Both the position numbers and the translations under genes were made by a program. This document shows, one piece after another, positions 40,196-49,134 of a DNA stretch of 64,000 nt. Position 1 is the first letter of the stretch; each line of letters opens with the position of its first letter. The stretch comes from an uncultured Planctomycetaceae bacterium (GTDB taxonomy: Bacteria; Planctomycetota; Planctomycetia; Isosphaerales; Isosphaeraceae). The stretch covers positions 1,376,001 to 1,440,000 of the forward strand of contig CAWIAD010000001.1 in NCBI GenBank assembly GCA_963833985.1, in the 5' to 3' direction. The notes below the pieces were generated by a model, which saw nothing but the letters and a program-made list of their open reading frames with translations, searched no databases and was not told the origin of the DNA.

Positions 40196-41449
40196 GTGGG
40201 TATCGTGCGGCCCTTGTTTGTCTCGACCTATCCGCCGGAAGAGTGTGGACTGGCAACTTTCACCAGGGACTCGGCGGATGCGGTCGATGTGGCAGCGCGG
40301 GCCCCAGTATCCTCGGTAGCGGCTATCCGGAAGACGGGCTCACTTCAATACGATGACCAGCGCGTTGTCCATGTCATTGACAACAACAACCGGGATGCCT
40401 ACCGACTGGCTGCGGAAATGGCGAGCGACGGCCCGTTTGACCTCGTGAGCTTGCAGCACGAGTTCGGCCTTTACCCTGGCGAATGGGGCAACCGCGTGCT
40501 GGATTTCGTGCGTGCCTGCCGCAAGCCCGTGGTCACGACTTTCCACACGCTCATGACTCAGCCCGACCCGCTGCCAAGGCGACTGATCCAGAAACTGGCG
40601 GCCCATAGTCAGGGCATGGTGGTCATGACGAAAGTCGCCTCAAGGCTTTTGACAGGCGTCTACGCTGTCCCCTGTCTGAACGTGCAAGTGATTCCTCATG
40701 GCGTGCCACAGGTCACCGTGGAGCGCAGTGAGATTCACAAGGCACGGCTGGGGCTGGGCGGCCGACGCGTGGTGTGCACCTTCGGACTCATCAATCGCGG
40801 TAAGGGCCTGGAATACATGATCGAGGCCATGCCTCGGATCGTGGCCGCCTATCCCGACGTTCTCTACCTGATCGTCGGTGCCACGCACCCAGAAGTCAAG
40901 CGCCACGAGGGAGAAGGTTATCGGAAGCGCCTGGTGGAAATGGCCGGGTCGCTGGGCGTCGGCGATCATGTTCGCTTCGTGAACAGGTATCTCAGCCTGG
41001 CCGAACTCATGGAGCACCTGCACGCCTGCGACGTTTACGTTACGCCCTACCCGGGAAAGGATCAGATAGCCAGCGGTACCCTGGCGTACGCCATGGCCGC
41101 AGGACGGGCCATCGTCAGTACTCCCTACCTCTACGCCGAGGAAGTTCTCGCTGACCAACGAGGCTTGCTCGTTCCTTTCAACGATGCATCCGCCCTGGCC
41201 GAGGCGACAATGCGATTCCTGAGTGATCCCGAGTTCCGACTTGAAACTCAGCGCAGGGCTTACGCGTACGCCAGGCCGATGTTCTGGTCGAATGTGGGAC
41301 GTCAATACCTGGAGTTCTTCCGCCGCATCGTGTCTGCAAGTCGGGAAACACAAGGGGCAGCCAGAGCTTACCGTGCAGATACATCAGCAATTCTGCGGAG
41401 ATCCGAGGGCCAGATTGTACTCCAGTCTTGTGTAGTACCTCCCGAGTAA
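40196..41449 (+). CDS. Glycosyltransferase family 4
   Basis: [40 protein letters not shown]. Confidence 0.9.
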   Translation: MGIVRPLFVSTYPPEECGLATFTRDSADAVDVAARAPVSSVAAIRKTGSLQYDDQRVVHVIDNNNRDAYRLAAEMASDGPFDLVSLQHEFGLYPGEWGNRVLDFVRACRKPVVTTFHTLMTQPDPLPRRLIQKLAAHSQGMVVMTKVASRLLTGVYAVPCLNVQVIPHGVPQVTVERSEIHKARLGLGGRRVVCTFGLINRGKGLEYMIEAMPRIVAAYPDVLYLIVGATHPEVKRHEGEGYRKRLVEMAGSLGVGDHVRFVNRYLSLAELMEHLHACDVYVTPYPGKDQIASGTLAYAMAAGRAIVSTPYLYAEEVLADQRGLLVPFNDASALAEATMRFLSDPEFRLETQRRAYAYARPMFWSNVGRQYLEFFRRIVSASRETQGAARAYRADTSAILRRSEGQIVLQSCVVPPE

Positions 41450-41794
41450 GTGAGTGGCGTCTTTTCCCGTGCTCATCGCGCATGGTACTTTCGAGAAGGT
41501 GGTCTTGCCGTCCCGTGCAAGATGCCGTTCATCGCAAGCCAGTTCTTGCGGCGCGAGCTCGGCGATCGATCGAAGCTCGTGCCGGACGGCTTGATCAATC
41601 TCGCCTTCGTCCGCCAGCTCTGCGAAGTTTACATCGACCCTGTTTTTTACCGTCGAGTACTGGGTGCGCTGCGCCAGATGGCGGTCCCCTCACTCCTCGG
41701 GCTGAAACGCAAGCTGCCGCCCGTCTCCATGGATCAGTGCAACCCGCCCGTGCTGTACCGTGCGTTCAAGACCTTGCACGAGATCGGTAAATGA
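41450..41794 (+). CDS. Hypothetical protein or fragment
   Basis: Directly follows GT4; no family recognised. Confidence 0.35.
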   Translation: MSGVFSRAHRAWYFREGGLAVPCKMPFIASQFLRRELGDRSKLVPDGLINLAFVRQLCEVYIDPVFYRRVLGALRQMAVPSLLGLKRKLPPVSMDQCNPPVLYRAFKTLHEIGK

Positions 41795-41996
41795 CCGGCA
41801 GCGACCGCGGATGACCAGCCTCGCCTCGGAACGCCGTTGCTGCCGGGTTAGCATGCGCTGGACGCGGCGGTCAATAACTGGGCCATCAATCACATCTTGT
41901 ATTCGAGAATTCTATATGTGGGCACAAAACTTGCAGATTCTTATTTCTCACAGGAGACCATCCTTGTTCGCGTAGAGTCCGTCACCGGGAGCCTTC

Positions 41997-42221
41997 ATGT
42001 CCAGCTTCACCTACTGCCAGGAATGCGGGCGCAGGCTCACGGATGTTGTCTTCTGTCCCAGGTGCGGGGAATGGTTTTGCTGCACCGCCTGCCTGACCGC
42101 GGGCTTGGACCGGCACCTTGGCTCGTGCTCGACTTCTGAAATGACGTTGCCACCAGCCGATGCAACGACCTGGCATCTCTCGCCATGGATACTCTGGCCG
42201 GGTTCCCATTCAAGGGGCTAG
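41997..42221 (+). CDS. Small Cys-rich putative zinc-binding protein
   Basis: CQEC, CPRC, CCTAC; GGGAG RBS. Confidence 0.55.
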   Translation: MSSFTYCQECGRRLTDVVFCPRCGEWFCCTACLTAGLDRHLGSCSTSEMTLPPADATTWHLSPWILWPGSHSRG

Positions 42222-44051
42222 TCTCGGAGTCGGACCCACCCCGTGGGAGCTGGCAGCAAGGAAATTCGGGCCTGCCAGAAGTGCCTTCAAGAGGTCCAGG
42301 TGCACCGGCTTGGCGAGGAAGGCGTTGAAGCCGGCTTCCTGGGACCGGTGGCAATCCGCTTCCTGACCAAGGCCTGACAACGCCACCAGAAGAGTGTCTC
42401 GAAGGCCGAGCTCCTGCCGCAGGTGGCGGGCCAGATCAAGGCCGTCCATTCCCGGCATACTGATGTCGCAGATCACAACGTCGGGGGGGTGCAGGCGGGC
42501 CAGGGCCAGCGCTGTCCAGCCGTCGTACGCGGTTCTCACTTCATAGCCGGCCAGTCTGAGGAGCAGTGACATGCTGTCGATCGCGTCCCTGTTGTCGTCG
42601 ACGAGGAGGATTCGTCGCCCTGGTGCAATCCTGGCTGGCCTCTGCTTGGCCTGCGCGGCGGGATATTCTGCGGGCAGCCGGCTCAGTAGAGGCAGACGAA
42701 CGACGAACTCGGCTCCGTGGCCCAGCCCCGCGCTCGCGGCTTGAACAGAGCCATCGTGCAATTCGATCAGGTTGCGCACCAGAGCCAGTCCAATCCCCAA
42801 TCCCTCCCCGGAGCGGCTCGTCGAACCGTTCGCCTGGGTAAACAGATCGAAGATCGTCGGCAGCATGGCCGGATCGATACCGATGCCCGTGTCCCGCACG
42901 CGGAGAATTGCCTGGTCGCCGTCCGCCTCCACGGTCAGTTCAATGCGGCTTCCATCCTCCGAATATTTGGCGCTGTTGTTCAGGAGGTTCGAGACGACCT
43001 GGGCTAATCGGCCTGCGTCTCCTGCTACCTTGACCGCCCGTCGGGGAAGGGAAATCTCCAGGACGTGTTTTCGCTTGTCGATCAGAGGGCGGCTCATTTC
43101 GACGGCGAGCGCCACCACGACTTTGAGATCAACCGGTTTCATCTGCAGGTTGATCTTGCCATGGCCCACGCGCGACACATCGATCAAATCATCGACCAGC
43201 CGGTTCAGTTGATGGATCTGACGCTCGATCATCTCGGCGAGCTCCTGATACTCAGGACTTTTCAGGCGGATGATCTGCACAGCGTTGCGAATCGGGACGA
43301 GCGGGTTCCTCAGCTCGTGTCCCAGCATCGCCAGGAACTCATCCTTGCGGCGGGAGGCGGCCAGGAGCTCGTGGTAAAGCCGGGCATTCTCCACGACCAA
43401 GGCAGCGCGGTGGGCGAGGTCCTCGGCCACCCATAGGTCTTCCCGGCAGTAACGGCGTCCCGAACGCTCGGAGTAGCAGAAAGTGAGCACCCCCAGTGTC
43501 CCGCCAGGAACCTGAAGCGGCACGGCGATCATCGAGCGGAGCTGCAACTCACGCATGATCTCGAAGTGCCGTTGACTCGTGGCGACTCCCCACATCCAGG
43601 CATCGTTGACTTCCGGGACGAATTCGGGTTGGCCAGTGCGCAATACCTTGCTGACCGGGTCATCGATAGAGCTTCGTACTGGGACAAACTCGAGGAATCG
43701 CTCGAAGAGTTCGTGCTTGATCGTGCTGGCGTGTGCCCAGCTCACCCGCTTTATCGTTCCATCCGTCTCAACAACGTCAAAGAAGCAAAATTCGGCGAGG
43801 AAGGGAACGGCCTGAAGGGCCAGACGTTTCAATGTGGTATCAGAGTCGCGGGAAATGAACTCCCCGCTGCTTTGTAGCAGAAAGCGTTGCGCGTCTTCGG
43901 ATTGTTGGTGCGGGCCTGACGTCGCGGTTGCGGGCATCTCTGCCACTGCAGTCGGGCCAGGGCCGGAGCTCTGCGAGTGCGGCCTACTCGGTAACACCAA
44001 GCCCGGTTTCTTTTCGAAGGGGACAAGTGATTCGAGTGAGGTTGCTTTCAT
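42210..44051 (-). CDS. Hybrid sensor histidine kinase (GAF-HisKA-HATPase-REC)
   Basis: FLAMLGHELRNPL, NLLNNSAKY, GLGIGL, VDDN, DISMPGMDG. Confidence 0.92.
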   Translation of the reverse strand: MKATSLESLVPFEKKPGLVLPSRPHSQSSGPGPTAVAEMPATATSGPHQQSEDAQRFLLQSSGEFISRDSDTTLKRLALQAVPFLAEFCFFDVVETDGTIKRVSWAHASTIKHELFERFLEFVPVRSSIDDPVSKVLRTGQPEFVPEVNDAWMWGVATSQRHFEIMRELQLRSMIAVPLQVPGGTLGVLTFCYSERSGRRYCREDLWVAEDLAHRAALVVENARLYHELLAASRRKDEFLAMLGHELRNPLVPIRNAVQIIRLKSPEYQELAEMIERQIHQLNRLVDDLIDVSRVGHGKINLQMKPVDLKVVVALAVEMSRPLIDKRKHVLEISLPRRAVKVAGDAGRLAQVVSNLLNNSAKYSEDGSRIELTVEADGDQAILRVRDTGIGIDPAMLPTIFDLFTQANGSTSRSGEGLGIGLALVRNLIELHDGSVQAASAGLGHGAEFVVRLPLLSRLPAEYPAAQAKQRPARIAPGRRILLVDDNRDAIDSMSLLLRLAGYEVRTAYDGWTALALARLHPPDVVICDISMPGMDGLDLARHLRQELGLRDTLLVALSGLGQEADCHRSQEAGFNAFLAKPVHLDLLKALLAGPNFLAASSHGVGPTPRLAP

Positions 44052-44120
44052 CCGTTTCTCCGTGAGCCTTTTGGTCCTGAACAGCGAACTCAACCCTGCA
44101 CTTGTGAACCCCGCGCAACA

Positions 44121-44228
44121 AACAAAAAAAACCGGCGCGGTGGAGCACCCTGAGGTATCCACCGCGCCGGCTTACTCACTAACGAGCCCCCCGCGAAAGG
44201 CGAGGTGCCCTTTATCCAGTCATCCGAC
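44121..44228 (-). ncRNA. Structured cis-regulatory leader, copy 5
   Basis: Terminator CCGGCGCGG/CCGCGCCGG and P2 CUCGC/GCGGG show compensatory changes; U8; upstream of hybrid kinase. Confidence 0.82.
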
Positions 44229-44292
44229 GATCCCAACTCAAATTGCTATGGGATTTGCCCGCAAAAGTTGGACAGGCTCCCCAAAGTCAATT

Positions 44293-44320
44293 ATTATGCC
44301 AGAATCAGCGTCCATTGCAA
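44293..44320 (-). promoter_or_regulatory. Conserved promoter of leader copy 5
   Basis: TTGCAA-N16-CATAAT about 65 nt upstream of the leader. Confidence 0.55.
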
Positions 44321-44384
44321 GGAAGTTGTTGTTTCTAGATAGGGTGATATCCAAATGACCGGCGATGGAACGGTCCAGGTCACC

Positions 44385-44892
44385 ATGAAAAGAGGGGGAA
44401 ATCGAAGCCGCCATCTGCGCGGGGATGGGTCGCTTCGAGCAGGAATACATGGGCCGTGGGCCCACGGACATCCGCACTCACCTGATCGGCGACTTGCTCC
44501 TCGTCCGCCTCCAGGGCGTCTTGACCGCGGCGGTACGGCACCTGGCCAAGTTGCGGCCGAGAGAAAAGGGGAAGGACCTGCTCAAACAGGTGCGCACGCA
44601 TCTACTCGAAACCGCGCGACCCCTCATGGAAGCCTTGTTCGAAGAAGTCACCGGCATCAAGGTTGCGAGCATGCACCACGATATCAGCACCTTCACCGGG
44701 CAGGAGGTCGTGCTCTTCAGGCTGGCCGAAACTCCGCAGGTCCGCGAGGCGACGAGGAGCTCAAGCCTTCGAACGGTGGCCGCCCAGGTCAAGGTGGTCC
44801 GTTGCAAAAAGCTGCTACCCGGACATAATTTCAACTGCTCTTTCCATGTGACCGTGGCTGCAACGACAAGCGTTCTCCAGGATTTGAATTGA
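44385..44892 (+). CDS. DUF2294/MpsC A-type protein (2-nt loss after codon 2; extended C-terminus)
   Basis: ATGAAA..GGGGAAATCGAAGCC matches MK..GEIEA; MGRFEQEYMGRGP, SMHHDIST. Confidence 0.75.
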
Positions 44893-44930
44893 GGCAAGCG
44901 AACGTCGGCTCCCGGAATCAAAGAGAAGAT

Positions 44931-45035
44931 GTCGGATGACCAGGCAGAGGGCGGCCCGGGTATTCCGGTCAATTCGTCGAAGCGTAAGCCGGCCTGGTCC
45001 AGGACCTGAGGGTCCTCGACCGCGCCGGTTCTTTT
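44931..45035 (+). ncRNA. Degenerate leader, copy 6
   Basis: GUCGGAUGACC..GGGC..CCCGG..CCGG..GUAAGCCGGC..GGACC-UGAG-GGUCC..GCCGGUUCUUUU with same spacing. Confidence 0.6.
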
Positions 45036-45074
45036 GCTCGCGCTCCGGTCGCTGGGCCGCAAGGACTTCACGAG

Positions 45075-45350
45075 CGATCCGAAAATGAAGAACGCCCAGT
45101 AGCCGGGCTCGTCCTTGAAGCGCTTCGAGTCCTGGATCGACACCGCCAGGCCGCGGAAGTCACCCATGAAATACCCCTTGCCGCTGGTCGCCTCCCGGGT
45201 GCCGGCGCCGATGAGTTCCTTGATCATCACGGTGCCGTCTCGGAATTCGCCGGTCTTCTCATAGTGAAAGAAGCTCTCCCGGTCCATGTCGACGGCATGG
45301 AACTCGGGGAAAGAGCCCTCGCCACCGTTCATCAGGTCATTGGGTGTACG
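45075..45350 (-). pseudogene. Cytochrome P460-family internal fragment
   Basis: NGGEGSFPEFH..KTGEFRDGTVMIKEL..SGKGYFMGDF..DSKRFKDEPGYWAFF; no CxxCH follows. Confidence 0.7.
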
Positions 45351-45731
45351 ACGCTCTCCACGGGTGCCCTCGACAGGATACCAGTTCGGGTTCCACCGCG
45401 GCTCGATCCCCCCGGTCGTTGCACCAGCTAATCAATCCGATGCACCAGGGCATCCTCGAACCCTGCTGGACCGGTTTCGCATCGTATCTGGAGCGGGCAT
45501 TCCCCGTGGAATCGCGCATCCGCAAAAGTTTGGCCTCGATGGGAGACGATCGCACGGGCGGAGGCTGTCAACTTGTGGGGCTTGCGCGAAATGTTATAGA
45601 CGGAAAATGCTGCGCGTTGGCGCCGGCAACCATGCGGATTCTGATTTGCTTAGGCTTGCTTAGTGCCGTGGAGCGAGATAGCTTACGGAGACGATTATTC
45701 CCGTTTTACCCGTCATCTCAGGGACCGAATC

Positions 45732-46163
45732 GTGCGCAAGACTCAGATGGTGACCGATCGAGAGCTCGAGATCATGAAGATCTTGTGGGCTCGGGAGAAG
45801 GCCAGCGTCCGCGAGGTTCAGGACGACCTGAACCGCGACAGCGGACCCGTGGCCTACAGTACGGTGCAGACCTTACTCAATATCATGGAAGAGAAAAAAG
45901 GTCTCGTCCGTCATGTTGTCGAGGGAAGGACGTTCATCTACTTCCCGAAGAAGTCCTCGGAGCGGACCATTCGCGAGCTGACGAAGCGTTTCGTCGATCG
46001 CGTCTTTGACGGTGCGCTCGACCGGGTGATGGTGGCCTTGCTCGACTCGAAGCCGCCGACGCCCGAGGACCTGGAACGTCTTCGTGCCATGATTGACGAG
46101 GCCCAGCGCCAATCATCGCAGAACTTCAACGGACACGCGGAGCTTCATCTCCAGGAGGCTTGA
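45732..46163 (+). CDS. BlaI/MecI/CopY-family repressor
   Basis: TDRELEIMKILW, AYSTVQTLL, FVDRVFDG; start 45732 or 45747. Confidence 0.9.
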   Translation: MRKTQMVTDRELEIMKILWAREKASVREVQDDLNRDSGPVAYSTVQTLLNIMEEKKGLVRHVVEGRTFIYFPKKSSERTIRELTKRFVDRVFDGALDRVMVALLDSKPPTPEDLERLRAMIDEAQRQSSQNFNGHAELHLQEA

Positions 46164-46353
46164 CGGGAGTTGACCCTCACCGTCATGCTAATTGAAGTGT
46201 CCGGGGATCCCGGGCCAGGAAGGTGCCTCTCCAGCGCGGCACTGACCTGGCCCTTCGCTTTGACCGCTCTCTCGTCCAGGCGGTTTGAAGGGTCTGTCGG
46301 ACGTCCCTTGGCTCAATTTCACCCGATCATTTTCCCCAGGTAGGGCCACTCAG

Positions 46354-47904
46354 ATGTGGGCCGGCCTCGACCGGTTCGACCGGATTCTCCTGGATGCCAC
46401 GCTTGCAACGACGATCCTGCTCAGCTTTGTGATCCTGCTGGTCTTGCTCTGCCGTCAGCCCAGCCGGCGCCTGGTCGTCGTCCAGGCCGCCACCGTCCTG
46501 ACCATCTTCATCCTTCCTCTGGTGGCCACCAACCCGTTCTCGCCGTCGCGCGTCGGGCTGCGGCTACTTGTTCCGGGGCGGCGCTCCCAACCGATCCGGC
46601 CGTCGCTGCGCCCCTCCGAAGCCGTCCATGCCAGCGCGGGGGACGGTGAGGGAAGCGGTAGAGTTCTTCGGGCCGTGCTGCCAGGCCGGGCCGGAAACGC
46701 GCCGTCCTGGAGCCTCTGGATGGCGCGAGCCTGCGGGCTGGCTTACCTGGCGGGTGTTGCGGCCGGAATGGGCTGGACGGCCCTGGGGTTCTGGGGAATC
46801 CGCCGGCTGATTCACGACTCCAGCGCGCCGCGACCGGAGACCAGCGCCTTCTTTCATTCGCTGATTCCCTTGCAGGGCGAGAACTTGCCGGCTCCCGAAC
46901 TGCGGGTCGCGACCAGGCTGCGACGACCGATCCTGGCTGGGCTCTTCCGCCCCTGTATCTTGATACCCGCGGATTATGACCAGGCGGGATTCGACCGCGA
47001 ATCTCTCAGGCTGATTTTCTTGCATGAGCTGGCCCATGCCGGCCAGTCCGATACGTACTCCAGCGCCGCGGCGAGCCTGGCACAGTGTCTCTGGTTCTTC
47101 CATCCCTTTGTGTGGTGGCTGCGCGCTCAGTTGCGGGTGGACCAGGAATTCCTGGCGGACGAGCGAGTCGTCCATCACACAGGTTCGCCGTCGGGATATG
47201 CAACCCGGCTGGTTTCCCTGGCAGCCGGCTCGGAAGCGGGTGCTCCCTCGGCGCCGAGCGGCAATCAGGCCGGGTCCCGCGCCATGTCTCCGCTCCGTGA
47301 CGCCTCCCCCAGCCCGCTCATGCAGCGGGTTGTGATGCTGCTCCACTGTCCGTTTCCGGTTGAATCAAAGGCTCCGAGGTGGTGGACCTTGTCCGCTCCC
47401 TTTGGTGTTGTGGGGCTAGCAATACTGAGCATCGGCACCAGCACGGCACTGCTGAAGACCTCGTCCCTCGCATCGCGGCCGTCCCGGTCTGAACTCGAAT
47501 CGGGCGTTTTCCAGGTGGGTCAATTCATTGCGCCGCCTTGGAAGCGAAAGTCCACAGGGCGAAGCGTGCCCTACGTCTTACCCCTTGCCCTGCCACCGCG
47601 ATTCGAGCTGACAGTCAAGATCGAGGGATCGCCCTCCGCCCTGTCGCGGATGTACCTGGCAGGGCTGTCACTGGAACCCCCCCTCTCACTCTCTCTCGAA
47701 TCCGGGCCGCCGCCAACGCCCGAGGATGCCGCCGCCGGCTGGCACCTGGTCAAAGTTGCCCGCCAGTCCGATCAGATCGCCATCACCGTCGATACGCGCA
47801 CCTGGCACATGGAAGCCACCAGGGAACGACTCTCGGAATGGCTGTCGATCGAGCCGCCACCCGCCGAGACTGTTGTGCTACGCGACTTACAGGTCATCTG
47901 GTGA
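46354..47904 (+). CDS. M56-family (BlaR1-like) metallopeptidase
   Basis: HELAH, WFFHPFVW, QEFLADE; follows BlaI. Confidence 0.88.
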   Translation: MWAGLDRFDRILLDATLATTILLSFVILLVLLCRQPSRRLVVVQAATVLTIFILPLVATNPFSPSRVGLRLLVPGRRSQPIRPSLRPSEAVHASAGDGEGSGRVLRAVLPGRAGNAPSWSLWMARACGLAYLAGVAAGMGWTALGFWGIRRLIHDSSAPRPETSAFFHSLIPLQGENLPAPELRVATRLRRPILAGLFRPCILIPADYDQAGFDRESLRLIFLHELAHAGQSDTYSSAAASLAQCLWFFHPFVWWLRAQLRVDQEFLADERVVHHTGSPSGYATRLVSLAAGSEAGAPSAPSGNQAGSRAMSPLRDASPSPLMQRVVMLLHCPFPVESKAPRWWTLSAPFGVVGLAILSIGTSTALLKTSSLASRPSRSELESGVFQVGQFIAPPWKRKSTGRSVPYVLPLALPPRFELTVKIEGSPSALSRMYLAGLSLEPPLSLSLESGPPPTPEDAAAGWHLVKVARQSDQIAITVDTRTWHMEATRERLSEWLSIEPPPAETVVLRDLQVIW

Positions 47905-48097
47905 GACGATCACGCCCTTTCCTGCCATTCTGGCAAGACAACCTGACAAGACAGCATCTCCTGTCAAAATGACATCAAGCCGACGAATCATGCGCATTCC
48001 CGCGGGGGCGGCTCGGATCTGTGACTTCGGGCTTAAACTCAAAGGCTGCTTGAAATTAAGTCTGGAATGCGGACGCTCGGCCGAAACGCCGGCCAAA

Positions 48098-48114
48098 TTG
48101 GCACGCGCCCTGCT
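48098..48114 (+). promoter_or_regulatory. Sigma54 (-24/-12) promoter
   Basis: TTGGCACG-CGCC-CTGCT with correct GG-N10-GC spacing, 45 bp before hsp20 ATG. Confidence 0.7.
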
Positions 48115-48159
48115 CATGGGTGGAGACAGCGAAACGGTGAGGTAAAGGAGACCGATGGT

Positions 48160-48603
48160 ATGAACGGTTCGGAATGGCAAGGGCGGTGGGATCCACTGCG
48201 GGAACTCCAGCGCGAGATGGGGCGGCTGTTCGATCGCATTGACCCGTTCCAGCCACTTCGGAGTATCCGTCAGTATCCGCCGGTGAATGTGTACGACGGC
48301 GGGGAAAGCTACCTGCTTTCCGCGCAGCTCCCCGGGCTGACCGCCGAGGAGGTCGAGTTGACCATCACCGGTGAGAGCCTCACGATGCGCGGCGAGCGGA
48401 AGCGAGCGGACAATGTGAAGGACGATAGTTATCGCCGGCAGGAACGGCCGATGGGCCGGTGGTCGCGCACGATCACGCTTCCCGATCGCGTCGACAGCTC
48501 GAAAGTCTCCGCTTCGTTCTCCAACGGAATCCTCACCGTTCAGCTCCCCAAGGCCGAGGACGCGAGGCCGCGGCACATCGCGGTCAATGCCGGCAACTCA
48601 TGA
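48160..48603 (+). CDS. Hsp20/alpha-crystallin protein
   Basis: YPPVNVY, LPG, RQER..G.WSRTITLP, NGILTVQLPK. Confidence 0.92.
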   Translation: MNGSEWQGRWDPLRELQREMGRLFDRIDPFQPLRSIRQYPPVNVYDGGESYLLSAQLPGLTAEEVELTITGESLTMRGERKRADNVKDDSYRRQERPMGRWSRTITLPDRVDSSKVSASFSNGILTVQLPKAEDARPRHIAVNAGNS

Positions 48604-48658
48604 GCCAGCGCGGGGCAGGACGCAACACTCCTCCAGTCGAGGTTACGGGACGTCGCCA

Positions 48659-49084
48659 ATGAAAGCCGCACATCCATCAATCCGCGTCACCGTCAGCCGC
48701 CAGCGCACACAGGCACCCGGTCAAGGCGAGTTTTCGGATTCCCCGGCCGATGTCCAGCGGGCCTTCACGCCCCCGATCGACATTCACGACGGGCCCGATG
48801 GGCTGACCCTCGAGGCAGACTTACCCGGGGCCACCGAATCGAACCTGGTGATCCAGCTCGAGGACAATGTCTTGACCCTTCATGCGCGCATCGATCCGCC
48901 CGCCCCGGATGGAGCGCGGCCCATTTACCAGGAATACCACGTGGGCGACTATTACCGGTCGTTCATCCTCAGCGACGAGGTGGACCGCGATCGGATCACG
49001 GCCGAGCTGCGCCACGGGGTCCTGCGCGTGGTGCTGCCCAGGGCGGATCGGGCGCGGACCCGCCGCATCGAGATCCGCTCCTGA
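48659..49084 (+). CDS. Hsp20/alpha-crystallin protein
   Basis: PPIDI, ADLPG, GDYYRSF.L, HGVLRVVLP. Confidence 0.9.
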   Translation: MKAAHPSIRVTVSRQRTQAPGQGEFSDSPADVQRAFTPPIDIHDGPDGLTLEADLPGATESNLVIQLEDNVLTLHARIDPPAPDGARPIYQEYHVGDYYRSFILSDEVDRDRITAELRHGVLRVVLPRADRARTRRIEIRS

Positions 49085-49134
49085 GCGGAGCTTGATCAAG
49101 GTCTTTTTTTACTCATCCCAGCTGGAGTCCCTCC

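Noticed and set aside
27448..44892. Complete MpsABC/DAB bicarbonate transporter
   Set aside because: No NuoL-like or DUF2309 gene in the window
23981..45035. Leader copies as REP/MITE or CRISPR repeats
   Set aside because: No terminal IR/TSD or regular spacers; orientation follows promoter and downstream gene
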